Source of the DNA: Escherichia coli
GTDB taxonomy: Bacteria; Pseudomonadota; Gammaproteobacteria; Enterobacterales; Enterobacteriaceae
Direction: 5' to 3' (one strand)
Assembly: GCF_013315695.1 (NCBI RefSeq)
Contig: NZ_CP054353.1
DNA: 64,000 nucleotides
This document shows positions 1-10,306 of the stretch, piece after piece; positions within the stretch are counted from its first letter, which is position 1, and every line of letters begins with the position of its first letter. A program made the translations under genes and the position numbers. Below the pieces are notes generated by a model that had not been told where the DNA came from, searched no databases, and saw only the letters and a program-made list of their open reading frames with translations.

Positions 1-228
1 CGCATAAATCAAACGCAGTGCAACATCAATATCGTCAAGCGGGCCGCTTTGGGCGAGTAACGGCTTCACTGCATATTCGACGATCTCTTCATCGTTATCG
101 ACAAACAGCGACGGCAGAAACTGGCGTATCCCCTGGAGCAAAATAGAATGCGCAGTATTCATAAATGAAAATAAATTGTCCTGTGCATCCAGTTGCTCAA
201 GCACATCATCTTCTGTCAGCGTCGCCAT
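1..228 (-). CDS. yggD: YggD/FumE-like protein, N-terminal part only (gene runs off the window start)
   Basis: Minus-strand translation from ATG at 228 reads MATLTEDDVLEQLDAQDNLFSF..., matching my recollection of YggD; 3' end lies outside the window. Confidence 0.6.
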   Translation of the reverse strand, partial: MATLTEDDVLEQLDAQDNLFSFMNTAHSILLQGIRQFLPSLFVDNDEEIVEYAVKPLLAQSGPLDDIDVALRLIYA

Positions 229-249
229 TGGTCTTCCGATAGATCACCA

Positions 250-1215
250 TCAATGCAGGGAGTCTATTATATTACACGTTTGGTCCGCGCCGCCGATCAG
301 TAATGTCTGCGTCCGCACCCCATTCGCCGTCTGTTGGATACCGTTCACCAACTCGCCGCCCGTCACGCCCGTAGCGCTAAAGAGGATATCGTTCCCCCTC
401 ACCAGTTCATCGAGCGAGTACACACGGTTAACGTCAACGCCCATTGCCTTACAACGCTTGCGCTCCTGCTCTGCAATCTGCCGATTTTCCGTGTAATCCC
501 CTTTAGCCTGACAAAAGTCAATCAGCTGGGCCTGCATATCCCCGCCTAATGCTTTAACGGCACAGGCAGAAATCACGCCTTCTGGCGCACCGCCGATGGT
601 GTACATCACATCGTAAGGATTATCCTGCCAGCAGGTCAGCACGCTGGCGGCGACATCGCCATCCGGCAGAGCGAAAACCTTCACGCCCAGCTGTGTTGCT
701 TCTTCAATCGCGGCACTCAGGCGCGGTTTATCCAGCGTAACCATGCGCAGCTTGTCCAGCGGTTTGCCTAACGCTTTCGCCACGTTGCGCAGGTTGTCCA
801 CCAGGGGCAAAGACAGATCAATCGCGCCCGCCGCCAGCCGATTAACAACCAGTTTTTTCATATACATATCGGGAGCGTGTAGCAGGCTGCCTCGTGGGGC
901 GAAGGCCATGACTGCCAGCGCATTGCTCTGTCCCATCGCCACCATCCGCGTACCTTCAATGGGATCAACCGCGATATCGACTTCTGGCCCATCGCCTTTG
1001 CCCACCTCTTCGCCAATCCACAGCATCGGCGCATGGTCAATCTCTCCCTCGCCGATAACCACTCGCCCACGAAAAGCGACGTCGTTTAATGCCTGGCGCA
1101 TCGCGGTGACCGCCAGGCCATCAATTTTATTTTTGTCGCCACATCCGATTTGCGGCCAGGCAGCCAACGCTGCCTGTTCCGTAACGCGAAATAATGGCCA
1201 CGCCAGGGACATCAT
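250..1215 (-). CDS. yggF: Fructose-1,6-bisphosphatase class II-like (GlpX paralog)
   Basis: 321 aa ORF; GlpX/FBPase II family by sequence recall; position upstream of yggP-cmtA as in E. coli. Confidence 0.8.
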   Translation of the reverse strand: MMSLAWPLFRVTEQAALAAWPQIGCGDKNKIDGLAVTAMRQALNDVAFRGRVVIGEGEIDHAPMLWIGEEVGKGDGPEVDIAVDPIEGTRMVAMGQSNALAVMAFAPRGSLLHAPDMYMKKLVVNRLAAGAIDLSLPLVDNLRNVAKALGKPLDKLRMVTLDKPRLSAAIEEATQLGVKVFALPDGDVAASVLTCWQDNPYDVMYTIGGAPEGVISACAVKALGGDMQAQLIDFCQAKGDYTENRQIAEQERKRCKAMGVDVNRVYSLDELVRGNDILFSATGVTGGELVNGIQQTANGVRTQTLLIGGADQTCNIIDSLH

Positions 1216-2489
1216 TGCGCGGCCTCCCCGATATCAACGCCAAATTGCGCCAGCAGATATTTCTCGGCCTGCTCATTCCAGATGCCGTGCGTTTCCTCAA
1301 CCAGCCGCGCCAACTCTTTAAACAGCGGATCGGTTTTGCCTTTTTCGGCAAAATCGGCAATGGCAGTGAGCGGCATGGTCACGCCGTTATAAATGAGTTT
1401 TTTACCGCCTGGGATATCCGGCAGATTGAGCACGGTTTCTGGCACCGCATCAAGGCCACCAATATGGGTCACCATAAACGACGGCTGTAACTGTCCCGTG
1501 GCGCTAAGGGTAATCGCCTCTTTCATGTCGTCCGTTGAACCGCCGGATGTACCGACGACGTGCGTGCTGTTGTAATGGACGTTGTAGAAATTAAACGGCA
1601 CTTTGAAGTTTTTATCCGTCGGCCCGGCAAAGAAGTTCAGGCAGCCATCTTCCGCCAGTAATTCGTCAGCCATCTCAACGACAGCAGGCATCGCCGCATA
1701 AACAAAAATGTCATCGAACCCGGCATCTCCTGTCAGCGCCCGCAGCATCTGTACCGGATCGCTCATCCCTTTGGTATTCACATACACCAGCTCAATGCCT
1801 TTACTGGCCGCCAGTTCCACCGGCAGCAGCTTCTCTACCTGCGCCAGGCGTTTGTCGTCGATATCGACCACCACCACCCGCGACGGTTGTATGCCGCCGT
1901 TAATGGCGTAATCGATAGCGCCAATGCCCATTGGGCCAGCACACGCCAGCAGTGCAATATTGCCGCCAGGTTTGACGCCCATGCGATGCTCATAAACATA
2001 TTGCGTGGTGTGATAATTGGCATGATAAGCGCCAATAATGCAGCACATAGGCTCTGCCAGCGACGCCGCAGCAAAATAAGAGCCGTGATAGGGTAATACG
2101 CAGCTCAGGTTAATGGCGATCTCGGGAATAATCATATAGGTGGCGTTACCGCCAAAATATTCGTAGCTGTATCCCGCAGAATACCCGCTTGGTAGCCCCA
2201 TCGCCGGTTGCAATACAAAACGTTGGCCTTTTTTATATTTGTCGGTGAGATTTTTCCCCACTTCAACAATAATCCCGGCACATTCATGCCCGGTAATGAC
2301 CGGATGATTTTCTAAATCGTCGGGCACCCGTTTATGTTCGCTACCGAGTAACGCCGCTTTCCAGGTCGATAAACACACACTGTCAGAAATTACACTCACC
2401 AGCAGTTCATTATCGGTAATTTCTGGCAGTTCAAATTCGCGCAGACGGACATCCCGCTTGCCATAAATAGCAGCAACTTTGGTTTTCAT
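1212..2489 (-). CDS. yggP: Zinc-type alcohol/polyol-phosphate dehydrogenase-like protein
   Basis: 425 aa ORF with GHECAG zinc-ADH motif and Rossmann GxGxxG (AGPMGIGA). Confidence 0.75.
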   Translation of the reverse strand: MKTKVAAIYGKRDVRLREFELPEITDNELLVSVISDSVCLSTWKAALLGSEHKRVPDDLENHPVITGHECAGIIVEVGKNLTDKYKKGQRFVLQPAMGLPSGYSAGYSYEYFGGNATYMIIPEIAINLSCVLPYHGSYFAAASLAEPMCCIIGAYHANYHTTQYVYEHRMGVKPGGNIALLACAGPMGIGAIDYAINGGIQPSRVVVVDIDDKRLAQVEKLLPVELAASKGIELVYVNTKGMSDPVQMLRALTGDAGFDDIFVYAAMPAVVEMADELLAEDGCLNFFAGPTDKNFKVPFNFYNVHYNSTHVVGTSGGSTDDMKEAITLSATGQLQPSFMVTHIGGLDAVPETVLNLPDIPGGKKLIYNGVTMPLTAIADFAEKGKTDPLFKELARLVEETHGIWNEQAEKYLLAQFGVDIGEAAQ

Positions 2490-2503
2490 TTTTACCTCTG
2501 TAA

Positions 2504-3892
2504 TCAGTGTTTATGTTCGGCGGTTAATTGATTAAATAAAGTGTCGAGTTTTGGATCGCCAATATAGTTATTAATCAATATCAGTGATTTATCCGTCACA
2601 CGTTTCACGCGCCCTTCCAGACTGGCATGAGTAACGACGATATCCGCATCCGCAGGCACGTTTTCTATCGCGTAATGTTTTACTTCAATTGGCAGCCCCG
2701 CTTTTTCCAGACGTTTACGGAAGGTGGTTGCGCCCATCGCGCTGGAGCCCATCCCCGCATCGCAAACAAAGGCGATACGCTTAACCCGGCTTAACGAGAA
2801 TGCACCCTCTTGTTTCATCGCCTTAACCGCATTGGCTGACTGAGCAAACTCATCTTCGTTCTCCGTTTCCACCGTTTTTTCCATCTTCAGTATCAGCGAA
2901 GTGATAGCAAAGGACACCAGGGTACCTACCGTAACACCAGCAATTGTCGCCAGGAATGAGCCTTTCGGCGTCAGCGCCAGGTAAGCAAAGATAGACCCCG
3001 GACTTGGGCCAGCCACCAGACCACCGTCCAGTAAGTTAAACATCCAGGTGCCAGACATACCGCCCGCAATCATGGCAATAATGGTCAGCGGCTTCATCAG
3101 CACATATGGGAAATACAGTTCGTGGATCCCACCGAGGAAGTGAATAATCATCGCACCAGGTGCAGAGCGCTTACTCATCCCTTTACCAAACAGAGTGAAT
3201 GCCAGCAACAGTCCTAAGCCAGGCCCTGGATTGGATGCCACCATAAAGAAGATGGATTTGCCGTTAACTGATGCCTGTTGCATTCCCAGCGGATAATAGA
3301 CGCCCTGATCGATCGCATTATTAAGGAAAAGCACTTTCGCCGGTTCATTGATGACTGACAGCAGAGGCAGATAACCCGCATGTACCAGCGCCTCAATACA
3401 CTCTTTGACGAAAGTATTGGCAATTAACACCGCCGGGCCGATCACTTCAAAACCCAGCAGACAAAGGAGCATCCCCGCGATACCTAATGAGAAGTTATTG
3501 ATAACCATCTCAAAACCGGCAGGTATGCGTTTTTCCAGTGCCTTATCGACATATTTTATGACCAGCCCACCTAACGGTCCCATAATCATTGAACCAAGGA
3601 ACATCGGGATTTCTGCGCCGACGATTACACCAATTGACCCTATTCCGCCCATGACTGCGCCGCGTTTACCGCCGACTAAATGGCCACCGGTAGAACCAAT
3701 CATCACGGGCAATAAATAGGTAATCATCGGGCCGACAATTTTGGCGAAATGTTCGTTAGGCAGCCAACCGGTGGGAATAAATAACGCTGTAATAAAACCC
3801 CAGGCAATAAAAGCACCAATATTGGGGATGACCATTGCAGTCAAAAAGCCCCCAAAAGCCTGGACCTTTGCACGAGCAGACTTGTTTTCCAT
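2504..3892 (-). CDS. cmtA: PTS mannitol-type EIICB component (cryptic)
   Basis: 462 aa ORF, polytopic N-terminal EIIC plus C-terminal EIIB-like domain (FVCDAGMGSS). Confidence 0.8.
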   Translation of the reverse strand: MENKSARAKVQAFGGFLTAMVIPNIGAFIAWGFITALFIPTGWLPNEHFAKIVGPMITYLLPVMIGSTGGHLVGGKRGAVMGGIGSIGVIVGAEIPMFLGSMIMGPLGGLVIKYVDKALEKRIPAGFEMVINNFSLGIAGMLLCLLGFEVIGPAVLIANTFVKECIEALVHAGYLPLLSVINEPAKVLFLNNAIDQGVYYPLGMQQASVNGKSIFFMVASNPGPGLGLLLAFTLFGKGMSKRSAPGAMIIHFLGGIHELYFPYVLMKPLTIIAMIAGGMSGTWMFNLLDGGLVAGPSPGSIFAYLALTPKGSFLATIAGVTVGTLVSFAITSLILKMEKTVETENEDEFAQSANAVKAMKQEGAFSLSRVKRIAFVCDAGMGSSAMGATTFRKRLEKAGLPIEVKHYAIENVPADADIVVTHASLEGRVKRVTDKSLILINNYIGDPKLDTLFNQLTAEHKH

Positions 3893-4243
3893 AATATTAT
3901 CCTGTAGAGGAGAGAGTAATTATCCGCGGCTGATAATGTCCGCTAATTGTTTTTCTGATGATGCTGTTAAGAGTTGTTCGAGTATTTCTTCTTCGCACAG
4001 TAATTCACTTAACGCCTGAATAGCGCCAATGTGCGAATCGGCATCGGCAGCAGAGAGTCCGATGAGTAATTTAATTGGTTCGTCATTCCCCTGAAAATAA
4101 ACACCTTGTTCAAGTAATGTCAAAGACATCCCGGTTTTAAGCGCCCCACATTCCGGTCGCGCATGAGGCATTGCCACGCCTGGTGCGAGAATATAATAAG
4201 GGCCATTGTTAATGGTGGAATCTTTAATTGCCTGAATGTAATT

Positions 4244-4252
4244 CTCGCTGAT
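4244..4252. repeat. 9 bp target-site duplication CTCGCTGAT, left copy of the IS1 insertion
   Basis: Identical 9-mer directly abuts both IS1 ends (4244-4252 and 5021-5029). Confidence 0.9.
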
Positions 4253-4307
4253 GGTGATGCTGCCAACTTACTGATTTAGTGTATGATGGTGTTTTTGAGG
4301 TGCTCCA

Positions 4308-4583
4308 GTGGCTTCTGTTTCTATCAGCTGTCCCTCCTGTTCAGCTACTGACGGGGTGGTGCGTAACGGCAAAAGCACCGCCGGACATCAGCGCTATCTC
4401 TGCTCTCACTGCCGTAAAACATGGCAACTGCAGTTCACTTACACCGCTTCTCAACCCGGTACGCACCAGAAAATCATTGATATGGCCATGAATGGCGTTG
4501 GATGCCGGGCAACAGCCCGCATTATGGGCGTTGGCCTCAACACGATTTTACGTCACTTAAAAAACTCAGGCCGCAGTCGGTAA
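4308..4583 (+). CDS. insA: IS1 InsA
   Basis: 91 aa [45 protein letters not shown]..., zinc-finger InsA recognised by sequence. Confidence 0.9.
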
Positions 4584-5005
4584 CCTCGCGCATACAGCCG
4601 GGCAGTGACGTCATCGTCTGCGCGGAAATGGACGAACAGTGGGGCTATGTCGGGGCTAAATCGCGCCAGCGCTGGCTGTTTTACGCGTATGACAGGCTCC
4701 GGAAGACGGTTGTTGCGCACGTATTCGGTGAACGCACTATGGCGACGCTGGGGCGTCTTATGAGCCTGCTGTCACCCTTTGACGTGGTGATATGGATGAC
4801 GGATGGCTGGCCGCTGTATGAATCCCGCCTGAAGGGAAAGCTGCACGTAATCAGCAAGCGATATACGCAGCGAATTGAGCGGCATAACCTGAATCTGAGG
4901 CAGCACCTGGCACGGCTGGGACGGAAGTCGCTGTCGTTCTCAAAATCGGTGGAGCTGCATGACAAAGTCATCGGGCATTATCTGAACATAAAACACTATC
5001 AATAA
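4502..5005 (+). CDS. insB: IS1 InsB (expressed as InsAB' fusion by -1 frameshift)
   Basis: 167 aa ORF overlapping insA in the -1 frame; matches IS1 InsB by sequence recall. Confidence 0.9.
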
Positions 5006-5020
5006 GTTGGAGTCATTACC

Positions 5021-5029
5021 CTCGCTGAT
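5021..5029. repeat. 9 bp target-site duplication CTCGCTGAT, right copy of the IS1 insertion
   Basis: Identical to 4244-4252. Confidence 0.9.
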
Positions 5030-5517
5030 ATAGTTTTTATCCAGCAATGATACCATCGAGAAATCGATAGCTTCCTGCCAATCTTTTGCTGAATGTATAA
5101 CTGAGATTGATGATTTTGGAAAATAATCACTAAGCCGCATAAATTATCCTTATTTTATTTTTAGGGTACAGTCCGGCGGTAAAAATAAAATACTCGTGCG
5201 GTTTAATGAAAGCAATTGGGTACGCGAGAAGAAAAACCCCATGAACAAAAATAATAAAACCTTAAATAACAACAACATGAAATTGATATTTTTAAAGTCA
5301 ACTTTGTATTTGTTACGTTTATCACAAAATCAACATTTTGATTGTTGTTGTATTTGTGATGCATATCGCCATTTATTTATTGAATGTCCGAAAACATACT
5401 TTTTTAAAGCAATGTTTTTTCGCTATACCCCTTTATAGATTCTGAATTCTCACCTGTCGGCTGTTTTCTCCTCATCTCATGTGACATATTCCCACACTTT
5501 ACTCAAGGAAGATTGTC

Positions 5518-6426
5518 ATGAAAGCACCTGTTTCATTAACCTCATTTCGCCCACAAAAATCTCTTGCTATCGCCATTGGCGTGCTTGCCGTGGTTGTGCT
5601 GCCATTTCTCTCGTATTACACCGTTAATGAAGGTGAACGCGGCATTTTGCTGCGCTACGGAAAAATCGTAAAAGTTGCCGAGCCGGGTCTGGGTTTTAAG
5701 ATCCCGTTTATGGAAAGCGTGGAGAAAATTTCCACGCGTAATCAGGCTGTGGTCTATCAGGGATTACAGGCCTACAGCCGCGACCAGCAACCGGCACAAA
5801 TGACAGTATCAGTCAGCTTCCACATTAAACCTTCAGAAGCAGGCGCGGTTTATACCACCTACAACACCATTGAAGCATTAAAAGATCGTCTGATTGTCCG
5901 TCAGTTGCCAACTCAACTGGAGAACGTTTTCGGCCAATATACCGCCATCAGCGCTGTACAGGATCGTACAAAACTGGTTCAGGATCTGCAAAATGCCATG
6001 CGCAAAGCCGTTGTTGGGCCAGTGGTAATTGACGGGGTCCAGATTGAAAATATTGATTTTTCTGACGCTTATGAAAAGTCGATTGAAGACCGAATGAAAG
6101 CAGAAGTCGCCATTGCCACGCGTAAGCAAAATCTGGAAACAGAGAAAATCCAGGCGCAAATAGCGGTAACTCAGGCCCAGGCAGAAGCAGACAGTAAACT
6201 GGCGGCAGCTAAAGCAGAAGCGGAAACTATTCGCGTAAGAGGCGCGGCAGAGGCTGAAACTATTCGTTTAAAAAGTGCGGCTGAAGCAGAAGCGATCCGC
6301 CTGCGCGGTGAAGCTCTGCGGGATAATCCCGGACTTGTAGCCCTCACCACTGCCGAACGTTGGGACGGTAAACTGCCCGATACCATGATCCCCGGCAGCA
6401 CAGTTCCGTTTATCTCTACTAAGTAA
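5518..6426 (+). CDS. SPFH/band-7 (prohibitin/flotillin-like) membrane protein with C-terminal Ala/Glu-rich repeat region
   Basis: 302 aa ORF; N-terminal TM segment, SPFH-like core, repeated AEAETIR / AEAEAIR motifs; preceded by an AT-rich region 5150-5500. Confidence 0.65.
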   Translation: MKAPVSLTSFRPQKSLAIAIGVLAVVVLPFLSYYTVNEGERGILLRYGKIVKVAEPGLGFKIPFMESVEKISTRNQAVVYQGLQAYSRDQQPAQMTVSVSFHIKPSEAGAVYTTYNTIEALKDRLIVRQLPTQLENVFGQYTAISAVQDRTKLVQDLQNAMRKAVVGPVVIDGVQIENIDFSDAYEKSIEDRMKAEVAIATRKQNLETEKIQAQIAVTQAQAEADSKLAAAKAEAETIRVRGAAEAETIRLKSAAEAEAIRLRGEALRDNPGLVALTTAERWDGKLPDTMIPGSTVPFISTK

Positions 6427-6455
6427 AAAAAGGGCCGCTTTCGCGGCCCTTCTCA
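6425..6455. terminator. Bidirectional Rho-independent terminator between the SPFH gene and tktA
   Basis: GGGCCGC-TTTC-GCGGCCC hairpin flanked by an A-run on the plus strand (T-run for minus-strand tktA). Confidence 0.6.
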
Positions 6456-6471
6456 CAAAGCATCTTACCGA

Positions 6472-8463
6472 TTACAGCAGTTCTTTTGCTTTCGCAACAA
6501 CGTTGTCAACGGTGAAGCCGAACTCTTCAAACAGCAGCTCTGCCGGAGCAGATTCACCGAAGGTGGTCATGCCGACGATAGCACCGTTCAGGCCAACATA
6601 CTTGTACCAGTAGTCAGCAATACCCGCTTCTACCGCAACGCGTGCAGTAACCGCTTTCGGCAGGACGGATTCACGGTAAGCCGCATCCTGCTTGTCGAAT
6701 GCATCGGTAGACGGCATGGAAACCACGCGCGCCTTCACGCCTTCGGCAGTCAGTTTTTCGTAGGCAGCAACCGCCAGTTCAACTTCCGAACCGGTCGCGA
6801 TGAAGATCAGTTCCGGCTGACCGGCACAGTCTTTCAGCACATAACCACCGCGCGCGATGTTTGCCAGCTGCTCTTCAGTACGCTCCTGCTGCGCCAGGTT
6901 CTGACGGGAGAGGATAAGCGCAGTCGGGCCGTCCTGACGCTCAACACCGTATTTCCATGCCACTGCAGATTCAACCTGGTCACATGGACGCCATGTAGAC
7001 ATGTTCGGGGTCACGCGCAGAGAAGCAACCTGCTCTACCGGCTGGTGAGTCGGGCCATCTTCGCCCAGACCGATGGAGTCATGGGTGTAAACCATAACCT
7101 GACGCTGTTTCATCAGCGCAGCCATACGTACGGCGTTACGTGCGTATTCCACGAACATCAGGAAGGTGGAGGTGTACGGCAGGAAACCACCGTGCAAGGA
7201 GATACCGTTAGCAATCGCGGTCATACCGAACTCGCGAACACCGTAGTGGATGTAGTTACCCGCAGCATCTTCGTTGATTGCTTTAGAACCAGACCACAGG
7301 GTCAGGTTAGACGGTGCCAGGTCAGCAGAGCCGCCGAGGAATTCCGGCAACAGCGGGCCGAACGCTTCAATCGCATTCTGAGACGCTTTACGGCTGGCGA
7401 TTTTCGCCGGGTTAGCCTGCAGTTTAGCGATGAACTCTTTCGCTTTGGCGTCGAAGTCAGACGGCATTTCGCCTTTCATACGGCGGGTAAATTCAGCGGC
7501 TTCCTGCGGATAAGCTTTCGCGTAAGCAGCGAATTTCTCGTTCCATGCGGATTCTTTCGCCTGGCCTGCTTCTTTCGCATCCCACTGAGCATAGATTTCA
7601 GACGGGATTTCGAACGGTGCATATTTCCAGCCCAGCTGTTCGCGGGTCAGGGCAATTTCAGCGTCGCCCAGCGGCGCACCGTGGGAGTCGTGCGTACCGG
7701 CTTTGTTCGGGGAACCGAAACCGATGATGGTTTTGCACATCAGCAGGGACGGTTTGTCGGTCACTGCGCGCGCTTCTTCTACTGCGCGTTTGATGGATGC
7801 TGCGTCATGACCGTCGATGCCGCGAATAACGTGCCAGCCGTAAGCTTCGAAACGCATTGCGGTGTCGTCGGTGAACCAGCCTTCAACGTGACCATCGATA
7901 GAGATACCGTTGTCATCGTAGAACGCAATCAGTTTACCCAGCTTCAGCGTACCCGCCAGAGAACAAACTTCGTGGGAGATGCCTTCCATCATGCAGCCGT
8001 CGCCCATGAAGGCGTAGGTGTAGTGGTCGACGATGTCGTGGCCCGGACGGTTAAACTGCGCCGCCAGCGTTTTTTCTGCAATCGCCATACCGACTGCGTT
8101 GGCAATACCCTGACCCAGCGGACCTGTAGTGGTTTCCACGCCAGCGGTGTAACCCACTTCCGGGTGGCCCGGAGTTTTAGAGTGCAGCTGACGGAAGTTT
8201 TTCAGTTCTTCCATCGGCAGATCGTAACCGGTGAGGTGCAGCAGGCTGTAGATCAGCATGGAGCCGTGGCCGTTGGACAGCACGAAGCGGTCACGGTCAG
8301 CCCAGGACGGATTCTGCGGGTTGTGTTTCAGGAAATCACGCCACAGGACTTCGGCAATGTCAGCCATACCCATAGGGGCACCCGGGTGACCGGATTTGGC
8401 TTTCTGTACTGCGTCCATGCTCAGCGCACGAATAGCATTGGCAAGCTCTTTACGTGAGGACAT
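6472..8463 (-). CDS. tktA: Transketolase 1
   Basis: 663 aa from [14 protein letters not shown]...; transketolase TPP-binding motifs; the track ORF extends 10 codons further upstream. Confidence 0.95.
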   Translation of the reverse strand: MSSRKELANAIRALSMDAVQKAKSGHPGAPMGMADIAEVLWRDFLKHNPQNPSWADRDRFVLSNGHGSMLIYSLLHLTGYDLPMEELKNFRQLHSKTPGHPEVGYTAGVETTTGPLGQGIANAVGMAIAEKTLAAQFNRPGHDIVDHYTYAFMGDGCMMEGISHEVCSLAGTLKLGKLIAFYDDNGISIDGHVEGWFTDDTAMRFEAYGWHVIRGIDGHDAASIKRAVEEARAVTDKPSLLMCKTIIGFGSPNKAGTHDSHGAPLGDAEIALTREQLGWKYAPFEIPSEIYAQWDAKEAGQAKESAWNEKFAAYAKAYPQEAAEFTRRMKGEMPSDFDAKAKEFIAKLQANPAKIASRKASQNAIEAFGPLLPEFLGGSADLAPSNLTLWSGSKAINEDAAGNYIHYGVREFGMTAIANGISLHGGFLPYTSTFLMFVEYARNAVRMAALMKQRQVMVYTHDSIGLGEDGPTHQPVEQVASLRVTPNMSTWRPCDQVESAVAWKYGVERQDGPTALILSRQNLAQQERTEEQLANIARGGYVLKDCAGQPELIFIATGSEVELAVAAYEKLTAEGVKARVVSMPSTDAFDKQDAAYRESVLPKAVTARVAVEAGIADYWYKYVGLNGAIVGMTTFGESAPAELLFEEFGFTVDNVVAKAKELL

Positions 8464-8739
8464 TTTGACTCCAGATCGGATGATGAAGGGCACGCCCTTA
8501 ACGACTTGACGACAGCGCGTTTTGGGCTACGCCGGAAAATTTGCCAACAATTTACCGCAAGCCGCGCGTCATGTACATGGAACATCCTTTTGCCGCTTCA
8601 GAAATCTCTGGATCATGCTCGCATGTTGCGCAATCTGCTCGCCCGTCCGCTGCGCTTTTCCTTATACTGAGACTGAGCGTCGATTCACCTGCAAACGGCG
8701 CATTTTAGAATAATCCTGACCTTGTGCGGAAGAGAAAAC

Positions 8740-9498
8740 ATGAAAATTCGCGCCTTATTGGTAGCAATGAGCGTGGCAACGGTACTGACCGGTTGCCAGA
8801 ATATGGACTCCAACGGACTGCTCTCATCAGGAGCGGAAGCTTTTCAGGCTTACAGTTTGAGTGATGCGCAGGTGAAAACCCTGAGCGATCAGGCATGTCA
8901 GGAGATGGACAGCAAGGCGACGATTGCGCCAACCAATAGCGAATACGCTAAACGTCTGACAACTATTGCCAATGCGCTAGGCAACAATATCAACGGTCAG
9001 CCGGTGAATTACAAAGTGTATATGGCGAAGGATGTGAACGCCTTTGCAATGGCTAACGGCTGTATCCGCGTCTATAGCGGGCTGATGGATATGATGACAG
9101 ATAACGAAGTCGAAGCGGTGATCGGTCACGAGATGGGGCACGTAGCGTTAGGCCATGTGAAGAAAGGGATGCAGGTGGCACTTGGTACAAATGCCGTACG
9201 AGTAGCTGCGGCCTCTGCGGGCGGGATTGTCGGCAGTTTATCTCAATCACAACTCGGTGATCTGGGCGAGAAATTAGTTAATTCGCAATTCTCCCAGCGC
9301 CAGGAAGCAGAAGCCGATGATTATTCTTACGATCTTCTGCGCCAACGCGGCATCAGCCCGGCAGGTCTTGCCACCAGCTTTGAAAAACTGGCAAAACTGG
9401 AAGGAGGCCGTCAAAGCTCAATGTTTGACGACCATCCAGCATCCGCCGAACGCGCCCAGCATATTCGCGATCGTATGAGCGCGGATGGGATAAAGTAA
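8740..9498 (+). CDS. loiP: M48-family metalloprotease lipoprotein LoiP
   Basis: 252 aa from MKIRALLVAMSVATVLTGCQ (lipobox) with HEMGH zinc motif. Confidence 0.85.
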   Translation: MKIRALLVAMSVATVLTGCQNMDSNGLLSSGAEAFQAYSLSDAQVKTLSDQACQEMDSKATIAPTNSEYAKRLTTIANALGNNINGQPVNYKVYMAKDVNAFAMANGCIRVYSGLMDMMTDNEVEAVIGHEMGHVALGHVKKGMQVALGTNAVRVAAASAGGIVGSLSQSQLGDLGEKLVNSQFSQRQEAEADDYSYDLLRQRGISPAGLATSFEKLAKLEGGRQSSMFDDHPASAERAQHIRDRMSADGIK

Positions 9499-9553
9499 GT
9501 CAGACATACCGATCTACAACATAATTGTAGGTCGGTAACGCCTGAATCCCCGA

Positions 9554-10306
9554 TCAGAGTAGTGATTTCACTTTATTTAGCAAAACGGCTACATCATCCG
9601 GTCGGGTATATCCCGTATCAGGGTCTATAATCGAGCTGTAAACATGTGGCATAATGCGCGGCACCCCCGCCTCCAGACAAGTTTTCAGAATCACACTGAA
9701 GTTATCCAAATCAATCCCGCCAGTCGGCTCAATCAGCGTCATACCATTGCGCGCCGCCGTGGTCGCCAGCGCGTATAGCTCCGGAAGCGACCTCTCGCCG
9801 CCCATCGGAAAGAACTTCGCCGCGTGTGCGCCCATATCTAGCATCATTCGCACCGCCGTATCGCAGGAGACGCGGGCTGGCGTACCCTGGCTGCTGCTAA
9901 CGCCGGTGGAAATCAGCACTTCGCCCGGCGTCCCCGTCGGGCTAACCAGCGCGTTGACATGGGTCTGCTCACCGCCCGTAGCCGCAAGCGCGCCTGCCGC
10001 GAACCCACAACCGGTAAAGGTCTGGTTAACGTGTGCTGGATGAATCTGCGCCGCAATCATCGCAGCTTTGTAATACTGCGCCGGGTCACCCGCCCCCAGA
10101 CCTACTGAAATGGACGGTATTTCCGCCATCCAACGTTTAACTTCCTGGATCCCCTCATCCACCGAGGAGAACTGCGCGGAAAGCACGCCAATCACTGCGT
10201 GGCCTTCGGCGGCGTCAAAGATTTCACGGGCATTGGCGATATCTTTCGCCAGCACATTAATTGCCACACGATTACGATAGAAATTAATCTTTTGCATGAT
10301 CTGCAA
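9554..10306 (-). CDS. dgaF: KDPG-aldolase-like protein, last gene of a sigma-54-dependent PTS operon (DgaF-like)
   Basis: 250 aa ORF at the distal end of the operon; assignment rests on operon context and analogy to the Salmonella dga locus. Confidence 0.55.
   Translation of the reverse strand: MQIMQKINFYRNRVAINVLAKDIANAREIFDAAEGHAVIGVLSAQFSSVDEGIQEVKRWMAEIPSISVGLGAGDPAQYYKAAMIAAQIHPAHVNQTFTGCGFAAGALAATGGEQTHVNALVSPTGTPGEVLISTGVSSSQGTPARVSCDTAVRMMLDMGAHAAKFFPMGGERSLPELYALATTAARNGMTLIEPTGGIDLDNFSVILKTCLEAGVPRIMPHVYSSIIDPDTGYTRPDDVAVLLNKVKSLL

Larger units (their letters stand above)
4253..5020 (+). mobile_element. IS1 insertion sequence, 768 bp, with terminal inverted repeats
   Basis: Ends GGTGATGCTGCCAACTTACTGAT (4253-4275) and ...ATCAATAAGTTGGAGTCATTACC (to 5020); encodes InsA and InsB. 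Confidence 0.92.
3920..5140 (-). pseudogene. cmtB: PTS EIIA (mannitol-type) gene cmtB interrupted by IS1; N-terminal 40 codons at 5140..5021, C-terminal part at 4243..3920
   Basis: Two minus-strand ORF fragments flank the IS1; removing IS1 plus one 9 bp duplication rejoins them in frame into 148 codons. Confidence 0.8.

Noticed and set aside
743-1321. 192 aa plus-strand ORF
   Set aside because: Antisense to yggF; Ser/Ala/Pro-rich low-complexity translation.
5196-5438. 80 aa ORF rich in Asn/Lys
   Set aside because: Low-complexity translation of an AT-rich intergenic region; more likely promoter DNA for the SPFH gene.
7045-8457. 470 aa plus-strand ORF
   Set aside because: Lies entirely antisense within tktA; Arg/Val/Gly-rich composition typical of a spurious antisense frame in GC-rich coding DNA.
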